A stretch of DNA of 64,000 nt, from contig NC_134470.1 of NCBI RefSeq assembly GCF_964194025.1, positions 24,552,001 to 24,616,000 of the forward strand, given 5' to 3'. The translations under genes were made by a program, and so were the position numbers. Every line of letters begins with the position of its first letter. The stretch's first letter is position 1. This document shows, in pieces, positions 21,908-35,922 of this stretch. The notes below the pieces were generated by a model. The model saw only the letters and a list, made by a program, of their open reading frames with translations, was not told where the DNA came from and ran no database searches. The stretch comes from Convolutriloba macropyga (Eukaryota).

Positions 21908-24900
21908 ATAAGCATATCAAGCAGTACCACATCGTCATCTGAGCAGGGTTCCACTCCTGCAGAGCTTGATCTGAACTCACATTCGGATAACTTGACTGAC
22001 GCCACTTCCTACTACTTCACTCAACCCTTCATAGAGACAGCAGATGTTAGTTCCAAACATCTAGAGGTCAAGCTGAGTGAGGAGGAGTTACTGGGCTACA
22101 GTGGGAGAGAGTACACCATCAAAGAGTTGCTCATGAATGTGTCTTTCTGGGTCTCCCTTCTTGTGCTCTGCTGTCATGAATACGTTCTGATTATCATCAG
22201 TAATTATTACAAGGTAAGAAAGCGAATGATCTGGTATAACTGGAATATATCAAACTTGAACCAAATCCAGTATTAAAAATATTTTGTGTTAAAGGCTGTT
22301 TTCAATTTAAACGAATCCGGTTACAAACTGTTACAAAGGGTAACAAGGCTGTTGAAATTAAGAAGCATAGGTTAAATACTTACAAGAATACAATGGGGGT
22401 GTCCAATATATTATAATTAGTTCATTAATAGTATTTTTGTCGTTGCAGCGTATTCTACCCTTGAAAAGCCATTGCGCTCTTGGTAACATCACGGGGCATG
22501 AAAAATAGAGGCACCTATTTTCATTGGTTAGAGGCCTTCCCTTGCAGAGCAATGCACTCTAGGAAGATCTCTACTGTCTTTAACCCATCCAGTTCATTTC
22601 AAATATTACATGTTAACAAAAATCAAATAGCAAAACATCAATACTTAATTCCGCTTAATCATAAGAGAACAACATGGAACTTGTTAATCTGTAAGGAGTT
22701 TAACGAGTTCTTTTAAGGAGTTTTTCAAAGGTTCTGGACAATATTTTTTACTGAATTTTTACAGCTTCTATCCCAGGCCTCCTTTAGTCGACATATTATT
22801 TTCAAATGAGAGTTTGGACGTATCATATAATAGAATCTGAATTCACTAAACTCTTTGCAAGTCATTATTGTGTTATGTTCAGACATATGGTCAAACGTTC
22901 ATCAGTGATGATTCGTTTCTGTCTCTTGTTGGGTCTATATGCAGTGTGGCCAATGCACTCGGCAGATTATCATGGGGACTAGTCATGGACTTCTCCAGTT
23001 TCAAGGTTACCAATATACAGACATATTTTGGTAATGAATTGCTCATAACGCCACAGATATACAAGACGAGAATTGACTGATGATTATTATGCCTTGCAAT
23101 ATTTCGGTTACCTTGAGCATGACAAAATAGGCTTCATCATTTGTATGTAGTTTCCATATAGTTGTTCCGACCCCCACTTTAATGGGAAGGAAGGACCTAT
23201 ATACTCAAATGGGTTTTTTTGTTCAGCCATTTTTGGCCGATTGATATATTCATCGCGGAGCTTTATGAGTGATATCATTAAAAAGCACGTATATCCTAGA
23301 CTATGGAATTAAATTTTTTTTCGAATTTCGTTTTTTACAGGGAATAATAGGGGATTAAAATTTTGTGAATATTCGACAGTTTTTGTTCACATCTTCGGTA
23401 ACCTTTGCTAAAGTTCGGTTCAATTTAAAATAAGTTAAAAAGTTTTAAGTTTGAATTTTATTGTTGCCGTTAGACATAGAAGAGCGTTGCAGAATTGTTT
23501 GATTCAATATTTTCCTGGGTAAAAATTTTGAAAGCATTTTTAAAATTCAGACAATTTACATAGAAAAATTGCACGAAATGTGACTTTTTGGTCAACTTTG
23601 TTTATTTTTGCGGCAATAGGAGACGTAGAAACCACTGAAAAATCTTCGTAAACTCCAAAAGAAAGCTAGTTGAAATCTCGCGCTCTATAAAATCTTCTGG
23701 CTTTAAAGTTTTACCGTTTTTTGCAAATTTAAATCGATAATTATACAAAATGCACGATCCTTTTTTCATTTTTGAAATAATTCACTTAACATTTGTTCTG
23801 GTTGGCAAACATTTGAAACACTTAGGTGGTTAGGTGGTTTGTAGAACGCGCAAAAATCAGCCATAAATTCGATATCATCATGGATTCTTACAATAATAAA
23901 ATTTTAATTTTTTTGGTGCAGCTTTCTTCTCCAAAATAGTTCGCATTTATTATGTTTTCAATGTTAATTACTGTCAAAAAGTTTATTTCACGCCTCCATT
24001 TAAGACAACTCCCATGTACTTAGTAATGAGGTCAAACGTAAAAATGGTATGATTTCAGAGAACCTAATGGTTTTTATGGTTTTGAAGAAGAGTTAGTAAT
24101 CTTCAACTGAATTGTTGTGTTTTGCCTTCACTTGTTAATCCTTTTGCAGTCTTATTACTAATTCGAACCAATCAAAGATTCAAATGGCTTCTTCAGGAGG
24201 TGTAGACTAACCATTACAATTCATTTGGGTGTTATTCAATGTCTTTTATGGCATCGAATATTTTTTTAAAAGAAAACTTCATTGATTTTTTGAACTTGTC
24301 ATTTTTTATAATATTTCTGCCAACTTTTAGTTCATTCTGAGTAAAAGCAGGTCACATTTTTTTAAATGAGATAAATATTTTTGTTTGTGATGATTTTATT
24401 TTAAAAGTCGGCTTCTCGGTAAAAGAACTGTGAGTTTTCTTTCAAGAGTTTGTTATTTTTGTGCACAATTGCCCCTTTTGCTGTTCTTTTTCCTTCTTTG
24501 TTAATTGTTGCATCACTTAACAATCCGACTGAAAAATTTGCTGCAGAATTTGCACTCTAATATATTTACTGTTTTTTAGCTTTGGTTTTTAAGGGCTGCA
24601 ACACCGTTCTCTTGCAGAAATTGTAGTAGATTTTTTTCCTGTATTTGTTGCTTGTTTTTGTTTTCGTACACCCAAAATTGGGTAAAAAAATCTCAATAGC
24701 AACTATAGATATTAAAATGATTTTTATAACTGATATCGGTAAATAACTAATGGCTTTATTGACTTTCAAAACATTTTTTTTTTTTTCAAAAATTAAAGGT
24801 ATTCTTCAATTTAGCTCTTTTTGTTCTGATTTTCGTCTTCTGTCATGCTTTATGTTGGCCATGAGTTTTGAAAGTATTTACTTTCAATAAAGACAAGGAA

Positions 24901-27900
24901 TTTTTGAGCTTGGCCAATCTTATATTTACTAACTTGTAGCTTAGTATTGCTACAGACAAGTCACATACCATATATATAAAACTAAAGTTTGCTCTCCATA
25001 ACGGTTTTCTTTCGTAAAGGGCCTTTATGTGCCTAATTCTTGTCGACTTGTTACCAATTTGCATTGAAGAGAAGTCCTTTATTTTTTGCTACTGAAATAA
25101 ATGTTAATGTTCTTTAGCATAAGTTTTATCTCATGCCATTTTGATTTGGTTATTATTGAATTTTTAGAAAGTCGCCAACGAGTTTTGTTCGTAATTAATA
25201 TTTGTAATTATTTGATTTTATCGCCGTCTTTTCTGGTAGTCATATTATTGACAGGTCTCCACGGCCCATTAAGGTCGTTTATTATATTCATTTAGTAGTT
25301 TGTTGAACGATATTAACAATATTAACTTTTTTCAATCTCTTCCTCATTTGGTAGACAATTAATTGAAAACTGTAGATGAGCAGGGTCGGAACTTTAAACG
25401 CGAACACACATTACCGAGCCTCATTGTTATTTATGTCTTCCCATGTAAAAAATTTGAAGTGGCCCGTGTATCAAGATTGGAAAGTATATCTTTGTGGAAA
25501 ATAGTTAAATTCCCCTCCAAAATAGCCCAATTCACGAGGTTAACTCTGTTCTCCAAATTAGTTATAAATTCTGCGTATTGGGCCCTGAAGATTTAGGCAT
25601 ACCTCTGCAGTGAATTGCCTAAGAATTGGTTGAGGAGGAAGAACATAATGTCATTTCATTCCTGCGATATATTCGCTTCCAACCAACTACATTAACTAGT
25701 TTTGGGATCAATTTCATTTTCCTTGAATTAATTTTTTTTTCAAAATTATTCAAAGAAAAGACCTAAACAGTTCAACATAAAATGCCTCAAAGTCTATTTT
25801 TAAAGAGACTAATAAAGATGTCTCTTGGTTTTAACGTATAGCAAGCTAATTCTATCGACGTATTACAGAAGAATACACGCATTATCATTAATAGAGAGAG
25901 CATTTTCATCGACAGGGAAATGTCTGGGAGGCAGTTTTGTAATTTCCAGAGGAATTTTTGCTACAGACTTCGATGCTACTGCTCTCAGCATCCCAGGGTC
26001 TGCTCGCAATCACAATGCCAGTTAGCCAGATCATCTCCAATGTGGCCCTTACAAAGACATACTATCTGCTGTGGATGTGCATGATGACCGCAAACTCAGG
26101 AGGGACTTATGTCCTCACTCCCAGTGCTGTTGGGAAGGCATTTGGACTGTCAAACTTCGGAGTCAATTATGGATTTGTTTTCTGTGTCAGTGTAAGTACA
26201 ACTTTTTCCTAATAATTTGTCAAGTCAAATAATGATCAACTGCATTTTGTTTTTTGAAAAAAAGTTTTTGAAAAAAATCAGATGTTCTGAAATTCAGTAA
26301 AAATAAAACTAAAAAACAACAAGAAAATTAAAAATTGCAAAAATAAAATAAAAACTGTTTGGACAAAACTGGATTTTGTGGTCACTCATTGGTCAAAATT
26401 TGCACCAAAATCCACTCATTTCTATAATACTTTTTTTGCTGAAAGTCCGTTGATTCCACTCTTTATCATCATATTATGCGACTCTTCAGCGGATGAATCA
26501 TACAAAAATTGTCTAAAAATACATTTATTAATTGACGTACAATCCAATGGTTTGATAGTATGAAAACTAAGTTTTATTTGTTATCTATTGCCCTCATGCA
26601 AAAAAAAATAAAGTGCCGCAGATATATTTTGTACCATCAGAAGTGTGTCATCATCTGAAAGAGGCGCATTTCAGATGAAGATTTCAATAAGACCATTTCG
26701 TGGGGTAATAACTGTCTTGTGCAAAAAAAAATTGATATACTATTAGCAAAACTTATCTGTTCATATTTATTGGAGAAAATTTTGTGAAACTTTTGATGTA
26801 TTTTAAACTAGACTGATAAAACAATAGTGTCGTACGCAACTCCTTGCTACGGTCTTATTTTTGATTCGCGGTGAGTTTAGACCGAATTATTTTAAAATGC
26901 TCATTTGCGGGGCGAATCAGGCTTATTAAATTATTATACTGTTTGAGTGATTTGCGAGGCGATTCGGCCCATAAGAATTACTGATCAGATTCGCGGGGCA
27001 ATTAGGCCCATTAAAACTATTGGAAAGATTAGCTTGGCGAATAGAAAGATTTTATTGCAGTTTAATTCAGTGGTTGATTAGGACAAGACAAATTGAAGAA
27101 TGAAAGTAACTTAGGCAATGCATGGCTGGCTGCTTGGCAAAGGTATATAAATGCACAAGTTAGAAATGTTTACAGCAACGAAATGAACAGCTTTGGCAGC
27201 AGTTGCAAATGATAAAAAAAATTAATTTAGAATGAAAGCTACAACGTGAAGTCGTTTAGAGTTTAAAATCAGACATTATTAAATCAAAAATGGAAAGAAA
27301 CCCATTAAGGAAATGGGAGAATAGATGATGGAATAAACGAGTACACTTTGTGATACCTGTGTACCACAAACTGAAATGAAATTTTACCTGACGCAATATT
27401 TGTGTGGAATTTTAAGGAAAAAAACCAAAGAGAAAAAAAATTTCAAAAAAGTTTAGCAGTTCAATGTTTTCTTTTTCCCGTATCAGTGATAACCGTGTTG
27501 CAAATCACTTCCTAATTATTTTTCTCAGCTTTTAGACACGGATTCAAAACATCTAAGAGGGAATCTACTAAAGAATTTTCTCTTTTTCTCCGCATTTATT
27601 CGATTGTTCGAGTGAATCTTAAACTTTCGAGGCACCCGTTAGTTATCAACAGCCATACTGTGATTTTTAATGTTTCATTGTGAGTCCTTTGTCATTATCA
27701 TTTGTTCCATAAATTTATTTTAAAGGTAAATATCATTTCAAAACGAACGAGTTTAGTATCGCTTAAGCTGGATTTCCTAACAATTGCCAAAAACAGAACA
27801 ATTTAATTTGTTGTTAAAAACTACCTCAGTAAAGCAAATTGAAAAAAAACTTATTTAGATAAACAAACACTTTTTGAAGAAATTGTTTTTGAAATTTGAG

Positions 27901-30900
27901 TATTGTTTTTAGTAAAATTTATAAAATTGTAAAGGAAAATCACTTTTTTTAAAAAATTTGTTGAATAGATACCGTATAGTTGCTTCAAATTTTTTTCCGT
28001 TGAACTCAAAGATTTTTTTAACAGGAATCGACCTTCAATGCAAAACCATGCGAAAAAACCATTTGAAAAAACCATTCATGCGAAATATTAATTCGTTTTT
28101 TCTGACCTTCTATTATACGGATGGTATGAAAATCAATTCAAAATTAATATTTTTTAAACTAAAGCAATCGGAAGAGCATGATTCAATAATGCTAAAGAAC
28201 CCTGCAGGAGACTTGTCTTATTGTCAGAAGTTATAAAAAGTAAGAATCTTTTTCCTGTTTGCCTGAAGCGCAGAAAAAAAAACAATTTATTTAAATCAAC
28301 AAAAAAAGTTCGGGTAAAACAAAGATCTTGTTAGAGATGTAAATAAATCCCCCAACTACCGGGATGTGTTGAATGATTTGCCTCAAGGTAGGCATCTTTG
28401 ATCGATTGAGTAATGGCGATGAAATAATCAACGCAGACTCTGTCCGACTTCACGTGTAGGTCCCGTCAGAAACTGTGTGTGCGTGTGTAGCGACTGAGTT
28501 GTTTGCAGCCCTCTTCGTTCCGGCCAACACAAAGTCGCGGACTTTTTTTAGGATTGCACTCAAAAGTTAGCAAGTTTTTAGTGAATATTTTGATCAAGAC
28601 AAAATTATAGGCGTTCCCATAGATGTCCGATGGTGTAGCCGGGTTACTTGATTCCGGCGTGCTGGTGCCATTGCCCGTTGGGGTCTCTGCTTTTTGCGAT
28701 TGGGACGTTGTCTATTGGGATTTGTCATCGGAACGAACTCTTGATGATGTGCTGGCTTTTGGTTTTTTGCCATGTCGACAAGATTAACAAATTGCTGTGC
28801 AATTCTCTCATAGTTAGATTGAGGGCTTTTTGACTGAATTTTTGCTATCAAATTGCTGGAATGATTTGTTTCAGTGTTGTCAATCAATTTGTTCATTCCT
28901 TTGAGGAGTAAAATTTGGCGCCAAATTGCGAATCAATGTGAAAAATTGTCATGCCTTCTGTTCATCCCGCGCAATCAGCATTTACGCTTGGCGACTTGTC
29001 ATTTGTGCTTTTGCTGGTAATTCGCCTCAAATCGCGGAGCGATTGACTCGTATTTAGATTTACTTACAAGAAAACGATTTGCGCTGCGTTTCATTAAATA
29101 TATTTTTGCTCCCACGGATTGATCATCGTAATGAGTTATAATGGATTTGGCTGGCGGCGAAAGTAATCAACTAGTCCCATTTTCGTGCCCAGCAAGTGTT
29201 CTATTTCAAAATTAAATGGTAAAATTCGGTACACCAAGCGCGGTAAGCTGCTGTTACAAGATTAATTAGATTGATGTTTTTTCAAGATAGGGAGTAGTGC
29301 CCAATGATATGTAATGAGTGTAAATTTTTGTCCAAATAGGTAGTATTTGAACTAATCGATAGCATATACCACTCCCCAAAATTCGAGCTTCTTGATACTA
29401 TATCTGGATTCGACCAGATGTAAAAATTTCGAAGAGAGTGCCATTGTTTCCCGGCCTTTGTGTCTAATTGTTCGAGTGCTGCTTCGAAACCTTCTCTGGA
29501 TGCGTCGCATTTGACTCTTATTTCCAATCTCGGGTTGTGGTGTTTATTTTTAGTTGCTTGTGCTATTTGGTTTTTTACTTTTTCAAAAAGTATGTTCTGA
29601 TCGTTGGTCCATGTATATTTTTCAGTTATTATTTCCAATAACGGTCTTAATGGGCGGCATAATTTTGCTAGGTTTGGTATGAATCGAATGAAATGGTGTA
29701 CAGATCTGAGAAACGACCTTACTTTTTTCAGTGTATTTGGTGGTTTTAAATTAATGAAAGCGCTCATTTTTGTTTCTAGTGGTTTTAAACCATGTTTTGT
29801 AAAGTTTTAGATGAGCCATTTGATTTGATTATTTAGCAGAGTGGAATTTTGGAATTTTGATAGACTTATTCTCAGGTTCTCATCCTTTATTTTTTAAAAT
29901 CTTTTTATTACTAAAACTAAATCTTCATCCATTGTGTAGCTATTAACGTTCAAACTATCGTCTATAAAGCATTATGTATTCGTTGCAACAAATAATTTTG
30001 TATCCATGGCTTTTTGAAATTCAGCAGGCTTATTTGTCAGAGCATAAAAACCTGTTTTAAAATGATATGTGCCTGTTAGGTTGCCATTAAGTATTTTGAA
30101 GTTGAAATGGCGCGCGTTTTGGGGGTTACAAATTAAGCAGGCTATTGCAAATCGATTTTTGTGGAATACGAATCACTTCGCTCCGCGTTTGAGCTTATAT
30201 TTTGTGAAATCAGTTGTTTTAATCTGTCTATATTATCTGGTAATTATATTTGTGAATTAATTTATTCAATAATTTTGAAACTATTGTTAACTTTATTGAT
30301 CCAATTGACTAGAGTGTTTTTACTATAGCTGACATGAAATTTCTGCCCAAGCACTAGTCAAATTTTTTATCTGACTTGTTTTAGAAGTTTTTCAAATTCA
30401 GTTCTGATTCCTGCCTTCTTGGTGAAGTACTAAGTAGTTTCTTGTTTGTTTGATTTGACTGTCCGTTTTTTTACTTAGATTTCGCTTTATGATGCAGTGA
30501 ATACTTTTAGCGATTGAATCCTTGATTTGTTTCGGCTCGTTTATGCAGGTTACTATTTTGTTGATCGTCTATCGTTGTTTGATGCAAATTCCAAGCGTCT
30601 CGAACAAGTCTGTCCCAATGAGTAGTCGTATTCCGTTTTCGGCGATACAAAATTGGGTTTTTTTAGCTGACCACTTGTTGCATTCTCTTGGAGCCAGTAT
30701 GGTGCCTAGTGTCGTCACTGGTTTGAGAAGTGCTTGATATTTCTCTTCTTCTCTTTCAATCACTTTGCTTTCTCGGAGTTGTCTATGATAAGTTTTGTTA
30801 TATCCTTTGTTACGATGGAACACATAGCTCCGGGGTCTATTAGAAATGAAATTCAACTTTTTTTCTGACATTTGATCTCCCAAATCAAATTTATATGGGC

Positions 30901-33216
30901 ATTTCGTGCTTGACTTTCTCGTTCAGTGGCCTCAGCTGGATTATCAATGGGTTTTTCGTACCTCGGTTCAGCGGTAAGAGATACAACTGCAAGTTTTGTA
31001 CGATTTAGGGCGTAAAGGTTATTCCGTCATTAGCAGGAATAGCTTGCTTAACTTGTTGCGCCACCCCTCCCAATGATGTGACTGTTCCATCGAGGGTCGT
31101 TCCTTAAACGGGCGGCGACTAAGGATGTGTGGATGGATCCTGCTGTCTGCGCCTTGTCGTACGCAATTCTTTGCTACGGTATTACTTTTTGATTTGCGAT
31201 GCGTTCAGACTGAATACGTTTATAATGCTGCTTTGCGAGGCGATTCAGGCTTATCAAATTGTTATACTGTAGGTGATTCGGCCCATCTGAATTACTGATT
31301 GGATTCGCGAGGCAATTCAGTCCATTAAAACTACTGTCTAGATTAGCATAGAAGGATTTCATTGCAGTTTTATTCAGTGGTTGGGTAATTAATTTAGACA
31401 ATCCATGAATGGTTGCTTGGCAAAAGTATATTAATGAAGAAACCAGAAATGTTTACAGCAACGGATTGAATAGCTTTAGCAGCGAGTTGCAAAAAGTATG
31501 AACGTTAAGTTAGAAGAAAAACTACAACGTGAAACCATTTAGCATCTCAGAGACATAAAATTTAAATATGGCATTGAGCTGAATAAGCAAAAGCGAGATT
31601 AGACGATTGAACAAATAAGTACACGTGTGATAGCTGTGTTTTAAATTATAAAATAAGTAGTTCTTGCGTGGAATTTGTAGAAATAAAACGAAACTGAAGG
31701 AAACCTTTTCCAGTAAATTTGTCGCAATTCAATGCTTTCTCTTTCCCGTATCAATGGTCACTTGGTTCCAATTCACTTGTTGATTGTTTCTCGCAATTTT
31801 CGGGAAACACGGATTCAAAACATTTATACACGGATTCAAAACATTTAAGATGGAATATTACCAAGAGTTTTCTCTTTCCCTCTGCATTTATTCGTTTATT
31901 CGGGTGATTTTAAAACCCTCAAGTCATAAGGTAATTATCAACTGTCACACCGTCATTTTTAACTTTTCAATGTGTGTCCTTCGTTTTCAATATTTGTTCC
32001 AATAAATTTTCTTGTAATAGGAATTTTCATTGGCTCAGAGTTTCTTAACGCTCAAGTTTGAATGTTTAGCAATAGTCAAAACCTGAACAAACAATTTTTT
32101 TGACAAAATACTTGCTCAGTGAAGCAATTTGAAAAGAAAACAATTTAGAAAAACCAACACAATTATTTAAAAAAACGTTTCTTCAGAAAAGTTAGTATCT
32201 TTTTCAGTAAATAAAAAAAATGAAAATAGCAATGATTTCTTTAAAATTTGTTGGCTCTTTAGATATTTTTAGTTGCTTCGAATATTTGTCTGCTTACTTC
32301 AGAAACTAGTCACGAACAAAAAAACAACACTCAATGCAAAATCAAGCAAGAAATCTGTTGAAATACCTACCCGTTTTGTCTGACCTACTACTAACCTGAT
32401 GGTATGAGAAATGAGTTCTTTATTATTATTCTTTTTGCTAATGCAATCGCAAGCGCAGGATTCAATAACGTAAACACCCTGCAGGAGACTTGTCTCATCG
32501 ACCGAAGTTATGAAAATTATCAATGATTTTTTCTACGTGCATGAATCTAAGAAAAACAATTTTTTAAACCAACCGAAAAGTCCAGGTAAAACAAAGATCT
32601 TGCTAGAGATGTAACTGAAAGACAAAATTATTTTCGACTCGTTGACCTTTTTTGATAAAAAAACACCATTTCTTGTGCCGAATGATTAAAAAAAAAGTTA
32701 GCTCTCCAAACACAGTTTAGTCTCTATCAAAGACTCTAGAAACTGTTTTGATTTGAACTTTACGATAATAAAATAATTAGAATAATGTTTTCAAACTTTC
32801 TGTTATGTAGATGAATACGATAAAATATGTTAGAAACGGTTTTCTGGGTAAAATTGCTACTAAAATTAAAAACAAATTTATTAGGTAATGATGCCGACAA
32901 CTGGAAATGAGTATATCTTGCTTAACTCCGTGGCATCTATAAAATCTCCGCTTTGCAAGACCTCGCAAAATCCGCAATGACCACATATATGCACAGTTTT
33001 TAAGTTTTTCAATCTGTTTATAGTGATCGGATTTTTCTTCCTGCGTTTTTTATTTTCAGTGATTTGAAAAATGTTCAATAAATTGGAAGTAGCATTGGTT
33101 TTTTAAATGACAGGGCTTCACTAGTTTCGGACTGACAGAAGTGGTGTCTCTTGTGCTTGATAACACTTCAGGATGGACATATGTGTTGCTAGTGGGAGGA
33201 GTCACTTCCTATTTAT
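21908..33216 (+). CDS. MFS transporter, oxalate:formate antiporter (OFA)-like; exons 21908-22213, 22883-23005, 25967-26191, 33114-33216 (C-terminal half only)
   Basis: Phase-0 GT-AG joins give NYYK|TYGQTFISDDSFLSLVGSICSVANALGRLSWGLVMDFSSFK|TSMLL...GGTYVLTPSAVGKAFGLSNFGVNYGFVF, with a motif-A-like GR..WG...D and hydrophobic helices. Confidence 0.85.
23162..25428 (+). mobile_element. Helentron-associated (HINE/DINE-1-like) non-autonomous element, copy 1 (in an MFS intron)
   Basis: 5' TTGTTCCGACCC; subterminal inverted GGGTCGGAAC ending at 25392, then a degenerate hairpin and ...ATTGTT end. Confidence 0.7.
26828..32615 (-). mobile_element. Old, internally deleted Gypsy LTR retrotransposon with ~1.5-kb LTRs (26828-~28342, 31155-~32615) in an MFS intron
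   Basis: Long diverged direct repeats both starting TGTCGTACGCAA; PPT complement at ~28343-28358; decayed PBS at ~31143-31154; RT/RNase H remnants (LKKVRSFL..VHHF, VKCDAS) at 29282-29767; no integrase seen. Confidence 0.8.
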
Positions 33217-33661
33217 GTAAGTCTTCAAAAATTTGTCTCTTGATTATTTTGGCGTACAATCCGCTTTGGCCATATATGTCCAGTGCCATTTTTGATCCCC
33301 CTTTTTTAAACGGCAAGAACACTAAAAAAGTACGAGCGCTTGGTGTAGAAGCATATATATATGCCCACTAAACTTGGGGGTGGCGATGATTATCTTGCCA
33401 AATAGATTTTCATTTAATCATTCTATATGAATGAATACTGTATAATTAATCGGAAGGGAGTCAAGTTTTTTTTAGAGCTCTGGATATTTTTTACGAAAAA
33501 GAATCACTTTGTTTTTATTTGACTTCGGATATGGGGGGGGGGACTTAAGATAAAGTGTCATGAAAAAATCTTTTCATGTTTTGACTGGTTCTGTTATTAA
33601 TTAAATAAGACCTTATTTAGATGACATTTTTCTTAGAGCTATGGTAGACGTAAATACTAAT

Positions 33662-33930
33662 TTGCATCTTGCCCAATTCCATTTCACCCAATGCCATTTT
33701 ACCCATAATACCAACTTACCCAATTTACCCTATTGCTAAATTTACCAGAATTACTATTTAGCCGGCTATAAATTAAATGGCCCGGGGCACTTGATATGAA
33801 ATATAAATATTTTAAATCATCTTTGAAATAGCCACTGATAATTTGTAATCGGATAATTGAACGAGAAGATCAAAGAGCATTGGGTTAATGGCATTGGGTA
33901 AAATGGCATTGGGTAAAATGTCATGTAACC
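33662..33930. mobile_element. Small MITE with 15-bp subterminal repeats (TTTTACCCAATGCCA)
   Basis: Direct copies on the left and inverted copies (TGGCATTGGGTAAAA) on the right. Confidence 0.65.
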
Positions 33931-34551
33931 GTCTTTTTAATTCACAATTATTAAGCGAAGTGACCTTTTCGCAATTAGTTGCAAATTAGGTTTTCATTAA
34001 TTTCGGTCAATTTGGCACCTTGTTAAGATGCATGGCGGATAAATATGACAAGTGCGGGTATGTACACTCGGCAGAAGGAGCTATTAACCACGTAGCGATA
34101 TAATATTTTAATTCATCCATTAGAATTCTTGGAAACAGTGTTTCAAATGCTTCAGGTGAGGTGATGACATTGTTTTGGAGTATGAAGAACAAACGAAACC
34201 AAATTATTTAAAACTCTCTCTTTCGCCAACATATCATGTGACGTCACCATGGGGCTAAATGTGCTTTTTGAGTAAATTATTTGATTCAGTTAGTTGATTC
34301 AGTTTTATTTATGCAATCTATTTTTAGTTCAACATTCGAACATTTCTTTAGAGTTTCAATAATTTGATAAGAACATATGAAATACCCTCCCTACCAGAAT
34401 TTAGAGCGAGTAAGGTGTTTTTGAAATGGCATGCAGCCTACTTATATCAAAAGTAGCATTTTTACGAAACTCAGCTGTGAATCTTGATATTCTATGCCTG
34501 TAAGTTTAATTACGCAGAATTATCTTACTATGTCATTGTGTAATACTGATA

Positions 34552-35175
34552 CCCGGGTCGAGGTTTGGTCAAAAAATAATGTAAGATTAGCGGTGAATAG
34601 CGGTGAAAAAAAACTATTTTCACCGCAAAGCGCCCGCATCTTTTAGTGTTGAATGCGCTGAAAGCGGTGAATTTTTGTAAGAATTGCGTTGAATTTTGCG
34701 GTGAAAAATTTTTTTTCACCGCATTCAACGGAATTCTTACAAAAAAGAAACTGTCGTAGAAGGGTTCGAACCTCTTCCTCATGCGTGTCACCAACTTCGT
34801 AATCCACTGCGCCATCTGTCACTTAATGCAAAGATATTTCCTGTGAATATAAGATAAGCGTTGAAATTAGCGCAAATGTAAGATTTGCGATTTTAGCGGT
34901 GAAAAATTTTTTTTCACCGCATTCTGCTGGTAGCGGTGAAAATTTTTTTTCACCGCAATCTGCTGGTAGTGGTGAAAAAATTTTTTTTACCGCATCCTCC
35001 TTGTACCGGTGAAAAATTTTCTTTCACCGCTTAAGCGCTGAAAAAAAAATTCACCGCTTAAAAGTTTTTTTTTCACCGCATTCATCGCATTGAACGCAAA
35101 TCTTACACTTTTACTCAAATTCACCGCAAATCTTACATCTTTTAGCGATTTTTAGCGGTGACACCTCGGCCCGGG
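34552..35175 (+). mobile_element. Non-autonomous DNA transposon, CCC...GGG ends, TA flanks (EnSpm/CMC-like MITE)
   Basis: TIR CCCGGGTCGAGGT / ACCTCGGCCCGGG (12 of 13 match); TA at 34550-51 and 35176-77; many GCGGTGAAAAA-TTTTTCACCGC palindromes. Confidence 0.9.
34753..34820 (-). promoter_or_regulatory. tRNA-derived RNA polymerase III promoter-like segment (A and B box) inside the MITE
   Basis: Minus strand TGGCGCAGTGG (A box), GGTTCGAACC (B box, with a short T-arm stem), followed by TTTTTT (34741-34746). Confidence 0.6.
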
Positions 35176-35922
35176 TACAAAATAGCCATAAATAGGTGAG
35201 CATTTTTTGAAAGACCAACCCACTCGTATTCTGCTGTAGCACAGTACTGCATCTTGAACGTGCTGAAATTATGAACTATGAGATCAAGGCACAAACTGAC
35301 GATGCAAAGCAGAGCGCATATGTGCAAATAATAGTGAAAAACTGCACGAAATTCCGGCTTAAGTAAATAATTAACACATCACTCAATTCCAAAAGGTTCC
35401 AGCAAAATTTGACACGCCGGACAATACAACATTTTGCAACTACAAGTCTACCAGCCAGAAAGAAGATGTAACGGCTGCTCTCTTATCAAAGAGCAGGAAA
35501 ACTTTACACCGCACAGTTCGTTTCAGCGGTTTCAAATCTGTCCGGTTATTGTGTTTTTGCTCTTAACTTCTGCTAACTGTTTTATCCGCTACGCTGCAAA
35601 ATACCGTTGCATTACTTGATACTCAATAATTTCAAATAACTATTCGATCAGCTTTGCTGAATAACAAATTGCTTCGCTTCAATTAAGCCAAAATCAAAAA
35701 ATTTCAAATAACCAATTAGACTCAAATTAGAGGTTTTTATGATGATATCTCCTTTACCATAAACGCTAGAGAGATAAAACTTCAAATGGTTTTGAACGTG
35801 AGGTAGGTCTACTGTCTGATGTAAAAGTAAACAACGATTGGTAATCTGCGTTGTTGGGGCTACCTTTTAAATTTTTTACCCAATCTTAATACTTGGGCAA
35901 AAAAATCAATGTTGACTACCTC

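Noticed and set aside
34753-34820. Functional tRNA gene
   Set aside because: The acceptor and anticodon stems do not pair; only the A/B boxes and T-arm remain
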